NCBI GenBank assembly: GCA_963745235.1
Contig: CAVUXE010000052.1
Coordinates: forward strand, 1-64,000
DNA from: an uncultured Spirochaetota bacterium
Lineage (GTDB): Bacteria > Spirochaetota > Spirochaetia > SZUA-6 > Fen-1364
Length of the DNA: 64,000 nucleotides
Reading direction: 5' to 3'
Part shown: piece by piece, positions 41,583-51,087 of the stretch
How positions within the stretch are numbered: position 1 is the first letter of the stretch
Layout of the letters: the number at the start of each line of letters is the position of its first letter
The notes under the pieces: model-generated
Seen by the model: only the letters and a program-made list of their open reading frames with translations
Told to the model about the DNA's origin: nothing
Database searches by the model: none
Translations under genes and position numbers: made by a program

Positions 41583-42689
41583 CCGATGACTCCCTTTCCC
41601 GCAGAACGAACCCGGGGCTGGGTGAATCTGTCGATGAGGGGCGCCACGGCATTGCCCAGGAGGATGGCAAGCGGGACCCCGTCCCCCAGGGTCCCGAAGT
41701 ATCTGAGAAAGAACGTGAGAACGCCGAGGCTTGCGGCAAGGATCAGGTTCCCCCGCAGGGTCAGGGGAGAGGTTACGGGGTCCGTTGCCATGAAAAAGGC
41801 GCCGAGAACGAGGCTGCCGGAGAAAAGCTGGAACAGCACGCCGCCGGCAAGCCACCCGCGTCCCATCGGCAGACCGCCGAAAAGCTGCGCCGCGACACAG
41901 AAAGTCACGAGGTACGTCACGGGAACCTGCCAGCGGATGACGCGGCGCACAATGAGGTACGCCGCGCCGATAAGGAGCAGAGGAACCGATATTTCCCCGA
42001 TACCCCCCGGCACCGTGCCGACCAGCATGTCGAAAACACCACGGGGCAAGGAAGCACCAAGAAGCGAAAGCACGTGGTCGTTCACCCAGGTCACCACCCG
42101 CCCGTCCGTCGCGCTCCAGGGGTAGCCATGCGCCCCAAGGACGGCAAGCAGGCCTCCGCTGCCGGCTTTCCCGCCGGCGAACGCATCCCTGAGGGCAGCC
42201 AGAGGAGCCACGGCGGAACCCGCGCCCCTCACCGGGAGCCAGCGGCTCATGGAGTCGCTCCATGAGAAGAGGGCAAACACGACCCCTCCCAGCGCCGGGT
42301 TCATCCAGTTTCGGCCGAGCCCGCCGAAGCTTTGCTTGACCACCATGATCCCGAACGCGGAGGCGGCCGCGGGGACATACAGCGGCACACCGGGCGGCAT
42401 CAGCATCCCCACAAGCAGCCCGGTCACCATGGCGCTGCCGTCCCGGACCGTGATCCTGCCCCAGGCCAGGGACGTGATGAGCTCCGCCAGCAGGGAAACG
42501 CCTGCGGCCATCCCCAGGACGCGGAGCGCCGGGCAAGCCGAAGAGGAACACGCCCCACGCCGCGGCCGGCAGCAGGCAGCAGGCGACGCTCCAGTTCAGG
42601 CGAGCCGAGCTGACAAGCCCGCGGAGATGGGGCGCCGGAGAAACCGCGAGAGCCGGGGGGGATGCGACGTCCGGGTGAGGCTCAGCCAT
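41579..42689 (-). CDS. rnfD: Rnf complex subunit D; frameshift near 42530
   Basis: SPAPHL, DGSA.VTGLL, VKQSFGGLG.N..NPAL, GEIS, FFMATDPVTSP, PLID. Confidence 0.88.
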
Positions 42690-44016
42690 TGTTGCTCAGG
42701 GCTCCTGACCTTTTCCCGCGGCGCAGGCTGTCCGCCAGGGGTATCCTGGACGGACACGCGAAGGAGCAGCACCCGCATTCCGTGCAGGAGGAAAGCCCTT
42801 CCGCGAGCGCGGCCGTCACGTCGCCCCGCTGGATGAGCTTGTGCAGGCGCGTGGGAACGAGCCCCCAGGGGCAGGCTTCAACGCATGCTCCGCAGCGGAT
42901 GCACGGGAGCTCGGGGCCGGTTCGCGCTTCCGCCTGCGTGAACGCCATGACCCCCGACACGCCCTTGGTCACAGGGAAATCCAGGGAGGATATGGAGGCT
43001 CCCCGCATGGGCCCGCCCAGGACAATCTTGCCCGGCGCTTCCGAAAGGCCCCCGCATTCTTCGAACAGATCACCCACCCGGGTTCCCACGCGGACCTTCA
43101 GGACGCCGGGCCTCCTCACGGCGCCCCCCGTGACCGTGACGCATCGCTCGATCAACGGCCTGTCGAATGCAACGGCCTCGTAGACGGCAAAGAGCGTTGC
43201 GACATTCAAGACGACGCACTCCGACCCGTCATGCGCAACGCCGTTGGAAGCGGCGTGAGCGAGAACCGAGGCGCGAACCAGCTCCTCGTGTCCCTGAGGG
43301 TAGCGCGCCGAAACGCCGATCATCTGGAACCCCCGGGCGATGTCATCGAACGCCTCTTTGAAAAACGGGATCAGCTCCTCCTCCGATGGCTGACCGATGA
43401 CCAGGACGACGTTGGCGGCTTCAAGGATCTTCTGGCAGATGCGCATCCCCGTCACGATCTCCCGGCTCCTCTCACGCATGAGGGAAACATCCGCATACAG
43501 GGATGGCTCGCACTCTATCCCGTTGGCGATCAGAAACGCCACCTGCCGACCAGGCTGACGGGCCAGCTTGATGTGGGTCGGGACAAGCCCACCGCCCAGG
43601 CCAACCACCCCGGCGGCGCGGATGCGCGCCAGGAGGTCGGACCGGGAGAGCTTCTCCCAGTCGTTCGTGGCGCGAGGCTTTCCTGTCCGGTCGAACTCAC
43701 CACCGAGCTCGACGAGCGCCGCCACGGAGACCGTCCCGTCCGCGCCGGCCCTCCGATCCACCCTCACCACGGTGCCGGGAATGGATGAATGGACGTTAGC
43801 GGAGCGAGCCCCGTCCGCCTTCCCGATCAGCATGCCCTCCTGAACGCGGTCACCCGGGCGCACCAGGCATGAGGCAGGGGTGCCTGCATGCTGGAGCATG
43901 GGGATGAGGGCGAATGCCGGAACCGAGGCGTTGGTGATACGCTGCGCCCCGGGCGAAAGATTGACCGACGGCGGGGTCACCCCGCCGGTCGAGAGAAATG
44001 GCTGCTGTCTCTTCAT
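42682..44016 (-). CDS. rnfC: Rnf complex subunit C
   Basis: QHAG.P, AGVVGLGGG..PT..K, NG.ECEP, YPQG.E, GGPMRG, CIRCGACVEACP, CTECGCCSFACP. Confidence 0.92.
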   Translation of the reverse strand: MKRQQPFLSTGGVTPPSVNLSPGAQRITNASVPAFALIPMLQHAGTPASCLVRPGDRVQEGMLIGKADGARSANVHSSIPGTVVRVDRRAGADGTVSVAALVELGGEFDRTGKPRATNDWEKLSRSDLLARIRAAGVVGLGGGLVPTHIKLARQPGRQVAFLIANGIECEPSLYADVSLMRERSREIVTGMRICQKILEAANVVLVIGQPSEEELIPFFKEAFDDIARGFQMIGVSARYPQGHEELVRASVLAHAASNGVAHDGSECVVLNVATLFAVYEAVAFDRPLIERCVTVTGGAVRRPGVLKVRVGTRVGDLFEECGGLSEAPGKIVLGGPMRGASISSLDFPVTKGVSGVMAFTQAEARTGPELPCIRCGACVEACPWGLVPTRLHKLIQRGDVTAALAEGLSSCTECGCCSFACPSRIPLADSLRRGKRSGALSNNG

Positions 44017-45680
44017 GGAATCTGGTCTCGCCGCGCTTCTCCATTTAAGCGCCAAAGATTGCCGCGGATCAAGAGTCCCAGGCGCAGATCCCTTCCCAAC
44101 AGGAGAAGGAGCGCGCAGAAAGCAAGAGCAGTGAATGGCAGCTCTCCCGCCAGCGCCCGGGCGGGGCCGCGCACCGCTGCTTCAACGGGCCGGCCCTGGG
44201 ACAGGAGCAGCGCGTCGAGGCTGGCCGAAGCCGGGTGGGCGCTCACGCTGGCGAGCCAGGTCGAATCGAATACCTTCACGGTCCGCAGCCTGGCGCGAAC
44301 GACGCCGGTGATCGGGTTGACCAGGTATTCCTGTCGATAGACGCGTTCATCGGGCGCCGGTTCTCTCCATTTCCTTCCGAACCCCACGGTCTGTTGGTAG
44401 GCCTCATGCGCGACCAGGTCCGAGAAGTCCGGCAGCCGGTCCGCTTTGGAGCCCTGCCGAAGGCGGGCCACGGCATCCCAGGAGAACTCGTGCGCTCCCG
44501 AAACCGCAATCGGAGCCGGGAAGGCCCCGCCCCGAGAGAGAGGGACAAGAACGACGATTGCGATCGAGAAGAGCGCCAGGGACAGGGCGCGGTGTCCTCC
44601 TTTTCCGGGCTCCCTGCCACTCCTGACGAGGGGGACCGCCGCGAACACGAGCGCCCTTCGCCACTCATCAGCGGCCTGCCTCACCACGGGGGCTGCGAGC
44701 ACGACGAGCAGAGAACAGAGAAACGGCGCAACGGGTTGCAGAAGCATGGCGAGCGAACGACCATTCACGAGGAAAAAGACGAGCAGGGAAATGACGCCTA
44801 TGCCAAGGTAGCGAAGAAGGGGTCCCCTTGATCTGCCCAGATCGGTCCAGCTCTTCCCGGCAAAGGCAAGACGCATTCGCAGGAGGGGAAGGCAGAACGC
44901 GAGAAGACAAAAGGAGAGAGCCAGCAGGGAAGGGCCGCTCGCAAGGATGGCGGGAACCCAAAGGAGCGACACCGAGGCAAGCGCTGGTGGCCAGCGGCTC
45001 CGTCTCTGTGTGCCCCGGCTCATGAGCGCGGCGAATGCGATCAGCGCGACCAGGCTGATGAGCTTCTCCACCGGATCGAAGTCCACCAGCCGCCAGGCGC
45101 TCCGCGCTGGAGGACCCAACATGCTCCACAGGCTGAAGTAAAGACGGAGGGACATGAAACGCGCGGGGACGTACAGCGCGTGCTGCTCAGCTTCTCCCGA
45201 GGTCACCGTGAAATAGCCGGCCATCCTGTCGATGTACGGGTCACGCCGCGGATCCAGGGGATCCAGGCGCTCGCGAAGGCCGGCGTAGGCAGACCGAACG
45301 CTGGAGGAAAAATCGTAGAAATCCACCGTTGCGGTGCGCTCGGAGACAATTCCAGGACCGAGCCGCTCGAGGGCGCCCGGCATCAGAGTGTCCGCCGGGC
45401 CGCCCACGCGGACCAGGAGCGTGTAGTAGCCGCGCCAGAGGCGGCTTGGCTTAGGCGTGACGAACGGCGCGAAGGGTATCCAGAGCACAACGAGCACAAG
45501 AAGCGCCACCGCAAGCACCGGAAGCACGGAAGGCATGAGCGACCGTTTTCCGGCTGCGACCGGCGGCGCCTCCTGGGCCGGCCGGCGCTTCTTTCGAGGC
45601 GTGGAGGGTTTTGGGCGCCCGGTGGACCCCTGCGTGCGCTGCTGGGGTCGGGCCCGCTTCACGGCAGCCGCTCGGCTCAC
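44013..45680 (-). CDS. Hypothetical multi-pass membrane protein coupled to rnfC
   Basis: 555-aa ORF with basic N-terminus and several TMs; 4-nt overlaps with both neighbours. Confidence 0.7.
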   Translation of the reverse strand: MSRAAAVKRARPQQRTQGSTGRPKPSTPRKKRRPAQEAPPVAAGKRSLMPSVLPVLAVALLVLVVLWIPFAPFVTPKPSRLWRGYYTLLVRVGGPADTLMPGALERLGPGIVSERTATVDFYDFSSSVRSAYAGLRERLDPLDPRRDPYIDRMAGYFTVTSGEAEQHALYVPARFMSLRLYFSLWSMLGPPARSAWRLVDFDPVEKLISLVALIAFAALMSRGTQRRSRWPPALASVSLLWVPAILASGPSLLALSFCLLAFCLPLLRMRLAFAGKSWTDLGRSRGPLLRYLGIGVISLLVFFLVNGRSLAMLLQPVAPFLCSLLVVLAAPVVRQAADEWRRALVFAAVPLVRSGREPGKGGHRALSLALFSIAIVVLVPLSRGGAFPAPIAVSGAHEFSWDAVARLRQGSKADRLPDFSDLVAHEAYQQTVGFGRKWREPAPDERVYRQEYLVNPITGVVRARLRTVKVFDSTWLASVSAHPASASLDALLLSQGRPVEAAVRGPARALAGELPFTALAFCALLLLLGRDLRLGLLIRGNLWRLNGEARRDQIP

Positions 45681-46159
45681 AGCGTGCAGAATGCCACCGC
45701 TATGAAGAATCCTAGCAGGGCGCCGACAAAGACCTCTGAGATGGTGTGGCCATGGATCTCCTTCACGGGCTTGCTCCTGAGGGTGTGATTTCGCGAAAGA
45801 TCGCGGATGAGCTGGTTGATCACCCGGGCCTGAGCGCCGGCAGCACGCCGGACTCCCAGGGCATCCCGGAACGTGAGCAGGGCGTAGAACAGGGTCACGA
45901 AGAACAGCGTCGAATCCACGCCTTCAACGAAGGCGGCCGCCGTGGCAAGAGATGCGACGACCGCGGAGTGGCTGCTGGGCATGCCGCCGGTGGACCAGAG
46001 GATGTGGATGAGGATCTCCTTTGCCGTCCGCGGCCGGTTGCGAACGAGCATGATGCAGGACTTGAGGACTTGCGCGATGAACCAGCTCGAGAAGGCGGAA
46101 AGGAACACCGGGCTCGCCAGTGCCCTCGAGAGGAGGCCCACGGCGCTGTGAGAGAGCAT
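45677..46159 (-). CDS. Divergent PAP2 family (DUF212) protein
   Basis: AQVLK, TGGMPSSHSA, DALGVRRAAG, KEIHGHT..EV..G. Confidence 0.9.
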   Translation of the reverse strand: MLSHSAVGLLSRALASPVFLSAFSSWFIAQVLKSCIMLVRNRPRTAKEILIHILWSTGGMPSSHSAVVASLATAAAFVEGVDSTLFFVTLFYALLTFRDALGVRRAAGAQARVINQLIRDLSRNHTLRSKPVKEIHGHTISEVFVGALLGFFIAVAFCTL

Positions 46160-46259
46160 CGGTCGAGTTTCCCTTGATGCCTCCTGGATGTCAAGGCGCG
46201 ACGCGAATTCCGCGCAATCCTTGACACCCCCTGCCGACGTTACTACTATTCTGCGCTAC

Positions 46260-47042
46260 ATGGCGCAGGCAAGGAACGAGGCCACCGGTGAATGGCTGCA
46301 CGCCGGAAAATCCGCAGTCAGCATGTACGGGAACTTCTTCTACTGGCTTTTCCGGGAGCCCTTCCCCGTCCGCCAGCTCGGCAACCAGATCGTGCTGGTC
46401 ATGCTGGATGCCGTAGCCGTCAGCACGGTGACCGCCGTGGTCATCGGGCTGATCATGGCCTGGACCGCCGGCTGGAACGGGATGAAGTTCAGCGTGGTGA
46501 ACTGGTCAGGGGCCGCAACGGTCTACCTGCTCCTCTCGGAAGCGGTCACCATGTTCGGCGGGCTTGTCTTTGCCGCCAAGATCGGGACCGCCTTCACGGT
46601 GGAGATCGGCTCCATGCAGATGAGCGGGCAGCTGGATGCGCTGCGGCTCATGGCCGTGGAGCCCGTCCAGCACATCGTCATCCCGCGCGTGCTCTCCTCC
46701 ATCATCTGCCTCGTCTTCCTCAACATGATCAGCCAGGGAGCGGCCATCATCGCGGCCATGGTCGCTGTGCGGTGGTGGTTCGACGTCTCGTTCACCATCT
46801 TTCTGCAGCACGTCTTCCAGATCCTGCGCTATCCCATCCTCACCAACTCCTACATCCGCTCCGCCATCATGGCGTTCTTCATTGCCATAAACGCCTGCGG
46901 TCTCGGGTTCAACTTCAAGGGCGGGGCCGTCGAGCTGGGCAGGACCACCACCAAGTCCATCGTGCTCAATTTCATCTTCGTGATCAGCATCGACTGCCTC
47001 TACGGAGTCATGGACCAGCTGACCGGCTGGAGCTCGATTTGA
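46260..47042 (+). CDS. MlaE-family ABC permease (divergent)
   Basis: AAKIGTAFTVEIGSMQMSGQLDALRLMAVEP...VIPRV, GGAVELGR.TT.S.V. Confidence 0.85.
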   Translation: MAQARNEATGEWLHAGKSAVSMYGNFFYWLFREPFPVRQLGNQIVLVMLDAVAVSTVTAVVIGLIMAWTAGWNGMKFSVVNWSGAATVYLLLSEAVTMFGGLVFAAKIGTAFTVEIGSMQMSGQLDALRLMAVEPVQHIVIPRVLSSIICLVFLNMISQGAAIIAAMVAVRWWFDVSFTIFLQHVFQILRYPILTNSYIRSAIMAFFIAINACGLGFNFKGGAVELGRTTTKSIVLNFIFVISIDCLYGVMDQLTGWSSI

Positions 47043-47800
47043 TCCGCATCCGGGACCTCACCTTCGCCTTTCCCGAGAGGCCCGTTCTGCGGGACCTGAG
47101 CCTGACATCGAGGAGTCCCTCACCACCGTGGTCATCGGCGCAAGCGGCATCGGAAAGTCCGTGCTCCTGAAATGCATCACCGGCCTGCTGCAACCCGCAG
47201 GCGGGCAGCATCACCATCGACGGAGACGAGGTGGTGGGCGCGGAGCGCAACGACCTCCTGCGCATCCGGCGCAAGATCGGGCATGCTCTTTCAGGAAGGG
47301 GCGCCTTTTCGACTCGATGACCGTGCTTCGAGAACGTGGCATTCCCGCTTTCCTACCACAAGCTGTTCCCCGCGAGGGAGATCGAGCGCAAGGTGATGGC
47401 GTACCTGGACCTCGTCGGCATGGCGGAATACGCGCACGCCATGCCCAGAGAGCTCTCCGGGGGAATGAAGCGCAAGGTCGCCGTGGCGCGCGCCATGATC
47501 CTCGAGCCCCGCTACCTGCTGTACGACGAGCCCACCGCGGGGCTCGACCCGTCGTCCTCGGCGGTCGTGGAGGCCATGATCATGCGCCTGCAGGCCGAGC
47601 GCTCCATCACGTCCCTTGTCGTGACCCACGACATCGACCTCACCCGCTACATCGCGGACAGGATTGCGTTGCTGGAAGACGGCCATATCGTTGCTCTCAT
47701 GACGCGAGATGAGGCGTTCCAGGAAGGTTCGCCGGTCTACGAGCATTTCATCGAGAACCGCGAGAAAATCCGGCAGGAGAAGGTCAGTGAAGGCCAATAG
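47039..47800 (+). CDS. MlaF-family ABC ATPase; several frameshifts
   Basis: GASGIGKSVLLK, GMLFQEG, LSGGMKRKVAVARA, YDEPTAGLDP, VTHD across frames. Confidence 0.82.
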
Positions 47801-48726
47801 AATCATCCGTGTCATCGTCATCGTCATCATTGCGCTCGCCACCGCAACGTTCCTTTACCTGCTCATGAACAACTTCCAGTTCACCCGCGGGGTCTCCGTC
47901 CGCGTCCACTTCACGAGCATCGGAGATCTGAACACGGGGTCCTGGGTCAGGAAAGCGGGCATCAAGGTGGGATCGGTCACCGGACTGACTCCGGCGCCGG
48001 ATGAGAAGACGGTCATCGTGACTCTGGCCTTCCGGCCCGGGCAGATGGTGCGTCAGGGGGACCAGTTCGCCCTGGTTTCAAAGGGCATCCTCGGTGACGT
48101 GTACATCGAGCAGCACCCGGGGCCCATCGATTCGCCCCCTGGCGAAAGAGGGGCAGCTCTTTGAAGGCCAGCCGTTCTTCAGCCTCTCCGACCTTCTGGG
48201 CGGGGAGACCATGGGAATGGTGACGGACATCGCATCCAGCATCAAGGACATCGTCGGCATGCTGAAGAAGAACCAGGGCGCCCTGGACAGCTCCATCCGG
48301 GACATTCAGAAGACCACGGAGAACGTGCGCATCGTCACCGACCGGGCCGTTCAGCTCACTGACTCCGTCCCGCGCCTTGCCAACGAAATAGCGACCTCCG
48401 TTGACGAGCTCCAGGCCACCGTGAATGACGTGGCCGTCACCACCCATCGACTGGTGGCGCGGATGGAGACCAACCTGACCACGAGCTCGGACGACCTGGC
48501 CGCATCCATGAAGAACATCCGCCAGACATCCGCCGAGATCCAGGGAGCCGTCAACGGGCTCACGGCGCAGAAATCGGTCATCTCGACTCTCAGCTCACCC
48601 CAGGTCGCACAGAGCCTGGATTCCACCGTGAAGAACCTGGAAGAGATCTCGAAGAGCCTTCTTGCCGTGTCCAAGGATACTGAAAAAATCGTCGAGGGAG
48701 TGCGTATCATCATAGAACAGAAGTAA
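47787..48726 (+). CDS. MlaD/MCE-family protein; frameshift near 48135
   Basis: N-terminal TM, GDL..GS.V..AGIKVGSV, GILGD.YI, long helical C-terminus. Confidence 0.85.
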
Positions 48727-48766
48727 GCCGCTTTTGTCCGTTCATGCCGCTCAGCCTTTCCGTCTC

Positions 48767-48795
48767 TTGACAAATCGTACGTATACGTATATGTT
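48767..48795 (+). promoter_or_regulatory. Sigma70 promoter with a perfect 12-bp palindrome in the spacer
   Basis: TTGACA(48767)-17 nt-TATGTT(48790); TACGTATACGTA at 48778-48789. Confidence 0.65.
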
Positions 48796-48845
48796 GCATG
48801 TTACTTAAACCTATTCGAATACCTTCACGTCAGAGGGGGGGCATC

Positions 48846-50255
48846 ATGATCAGGAAGATCACCATGATCGAGCCGAAGAACGATCACCTGCATATCTATT
48901 CCCAGTATGAGCTTCCTCGCCTGGGAGGAGTGCTCCTGGCAACCCTCATGAGGAACCACGGCTACCAGGCGGAGGCTCTTTTCATGGAGAGCAGGGAAGT
49001 GCGCGCCCGGCAGACGGAGACAGACCTCGTGGGCATCTCCACCATCACCCCGACCTCCCGCAGCGCCTACGATCTGGGAGACCTCTTTCGCGCGCAGGGC
49101 ACACCCGTCGTGTTCGGCGGCCCTCACGCGAGCTTCCTGCCCGAAGAGGCCCTCGAGCACGGTGACTACGTCATTGCCGGAGAAGGGGAGACAGGGTTCC
49201 CCATGCTCGTTGACGCCCTGAACGGAAAGGGCTCGCTGTCCGACGTACCGGGGCTTGTCTGGAAAGAGAACGGGACAATCCTTCGCAATCCGACGGCGCC
49301 TCCTATAGAGGACCTGGACTCCCTCCCCTTCCCCGATTTTTCCCTCCTGGACATGGGCTCCAGGAAAAAAATGGGAATCCAGGGACCGGGGCGCTCCACC
49401 GTCCCCATGCAGACCTCCCGCGGCTGTCCGTTCGACTGCACCTTCTGCTCCGTCACCGGGATGTTCGGCAAGCGCTATCGTCACCGTTCGACGGAGAATA
49501 TCATCGCGGAGCTCAGCCAGTACGATCGCAAAGAGAACATCATATTCTTCTACGATGACAACTTCGCCGCGAACCCCCGCAAGACAAAGGAGCTGCTGCG
49601 GGAGATGATCCGGCGCAAGCTTGGGTTCGAATGGTCCACCCAGGTGAGATCCGACATCGCCAAGGACCCTGAAATGCTTGACCTGATGGTCCAGGCAGGA
49701 TGCACCTCCCTGTACATTGGCTTCGAGTCCGTGGATCCGCAGGCCCTGCGGGAAATGAAGAAGAGCCAGTCCGTGGACGACATCCGCTTTGCCATCCGCG
49801 AGGTCAGGAGGCGCAGGATCCACGTGCACGGAATGTTCGTCTTCGGCTTCGATTCCGACACCCCTGCCAGCGCCCGCGCGACAGTGGATTTCGCAATCGC
49901 TGAAAAAATCGACACGACGCAGTTCATGATCCTGACGCCCCTTCCCGGGTCCGGCTTCTACAAGCGAATGGTCGCGGAAGACAGGCTTCTGGACACGCAG
50001 TGGGACACCTTCGACGCTCATCACGTGAAGTTCATTCCGAGGGGGTTCACTCCGTGGGAGCTCCAGAACGCCCAGATCGAGGCGCACTCCCGGTTCTATT
50101 CGCTTCTGCGGGTCGCCGCGCGGCTCTTGCGGGGAAGATTCGGCGGGTTCGTTGTCGGCTTGTACGCACATGCGTTGAACAGGAGCTGGCAACGGCAGGA
50201 GCATGACTACCTTGCCTGGATCCGCCGGCTGCGCTTGAGACCGTTGCCTGCCTGA
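48846..50255 (+). CDS. B12-binding domain radical SAM protein
   Basis: DLVGIS, GGPHAS, GEGE, TSRGCPFDCTFC, DDNF, IGFES, FVFGFD.D, TPLPG. Confidence 0.93.
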   Translation: MIRKITMIEPKNDHLHIYSQYELPRLGGVLLATLMRNHGYQAEALFMESREVRARQTETDLVGISTITPTSRSAYDLGDLFRAQGTPVVFGGPHASFLPEEALEHGDYVIAGEGETGFPMLVDALNGKGSLSDVPGLVWKENGTILRNPTAPPIEDLDSLPFPDFSLLDMGSRKKMGIQGPGRSTVPMQTSRGCPFDCTFCSVTGMFGKRYRHRSTENIIAELSQYDRKENIIFFYDDNFAANPRKTKELLREMIRRKLGFEWSTQVRSDIAKDPEMLDLMVQAGCTSLYIGFESVDPQALREMKKSQSVDDIRFAIREVRRRRIHVHGMFVFGFDSDTPASARATVDFAIAEKIDTTQFMILTPLPGSGFYKRMVAEDRLLDTQWDTFDAHHVKFIPRGFTPWELQNAQIEAHSRFYSLLRVAARLLRGRFGGFVVGLYAHALNRSWQRQEHDYLAWIRRLRLRPLPA

Positions 50256-50329
50256 CCGCGTACTCGCCGAACGCGTACTCGCGTACCGCGTATTCGCCGA
50301 ACTCGCCGAACGGGTACTCCCGTATTGGC
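50255..50329. repeat. Imperfect tandem repeat containing two related hairpins
   Basis: Units (a)ccgcgtaYtcgccga; hairpins ACGCG-TACT-CGCGT (50271-50284) and ACGGG-TACT-CCCGT (50310-50323). Confidence 0.8.
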
Positions 50330-50379
50330 CTTCGTGCCGGCCGGGTATATTGTTGAGTTGAGGACCAGGCCTTCACTGA

Positions 50380-51016
50380 ATGAGACCACTGTCAGCGCTC
50401 AAGCGACTCTTTCCCTGGCTCGCGCCTAAACCCCGCACGTTTGCCTTGGTCGGCAAAAGCGGCACGGGAAAGAGCTTCAAGGCCCGCCAGGTTGCCCGCC
50501 GGTTTCGCATTGACCTCATCATAGACGACGGCCTGCTCATCCGCGGACAGAAGATTGTCGCGGGCCGGTCTGCAAAGCGGGAAAAGGGAATCCTGAGCGC
50601 CATCAAGACCGCCGTCTTTGCGAACCCGGACCAGATCGCGGAAGCGCGAAAAGCGATCGTAGGGCCAGAGCAATACGCGCATCCTCGTGATCTGCACGTC
50701 GCTCAAGATGCTCAAGAGGATCGTCTCCACCCTGGCCCTCCCTCCGATAACCCGCGTGATCACGATAGAGGAGGTCTCCACGCGCGAGGAAATATCGCGC
50801 GCGCTGAAGATCCGCGCCGAACAGGGGAAGCACATCATTCCTGTTCCTGCCGTCGAGATCAAAAGAAGCTACCCGCATATCTTTTTCGAGTCGGTCAAGA
50901 TCCTCCTGAAACAGAAGAAAGGCCTTCGAAAGACGGAGGCGGAGATCGTGGAAAAGACCGTGGTGCGACCTGAATATGGAATTGGAAGCCGGTCTTCGAC
51001 CCGGCAACCCCGCTAG
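50380..51016 (+). CDS. Uncharacterised P-loop NTP-binding protein; frameshift near 50665
   Basis: ALVGKSGTGKSFKA, DLIIDDGLLI, AG.SAK.E, GKHIIPVPAVEIK, EKTVVRP. Confidence 0.75.
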
Positions 51017-51087
51017 AGCCGGCGTGCCGGGGCAAATTGTGTTTGACAGGTGCAAACGCGCAAACTATGATCCTTCCAGGAGGTCAT

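Noticed and set aside
40917-42689. Apparent RnfD-RnfE fusion (590 aa)
   Set aside because: Created by the rnfD frameshift; the middle is off-frame sequence and rnfE has its own ATG at 41582
50047-50376. Small minus-strand ORF with EYAVR/EYAFG peptide repeats
   Set aside because: A by-product of the intergenic DNA repeat; it overlaps the radical SAM gene antisense and has no RBS
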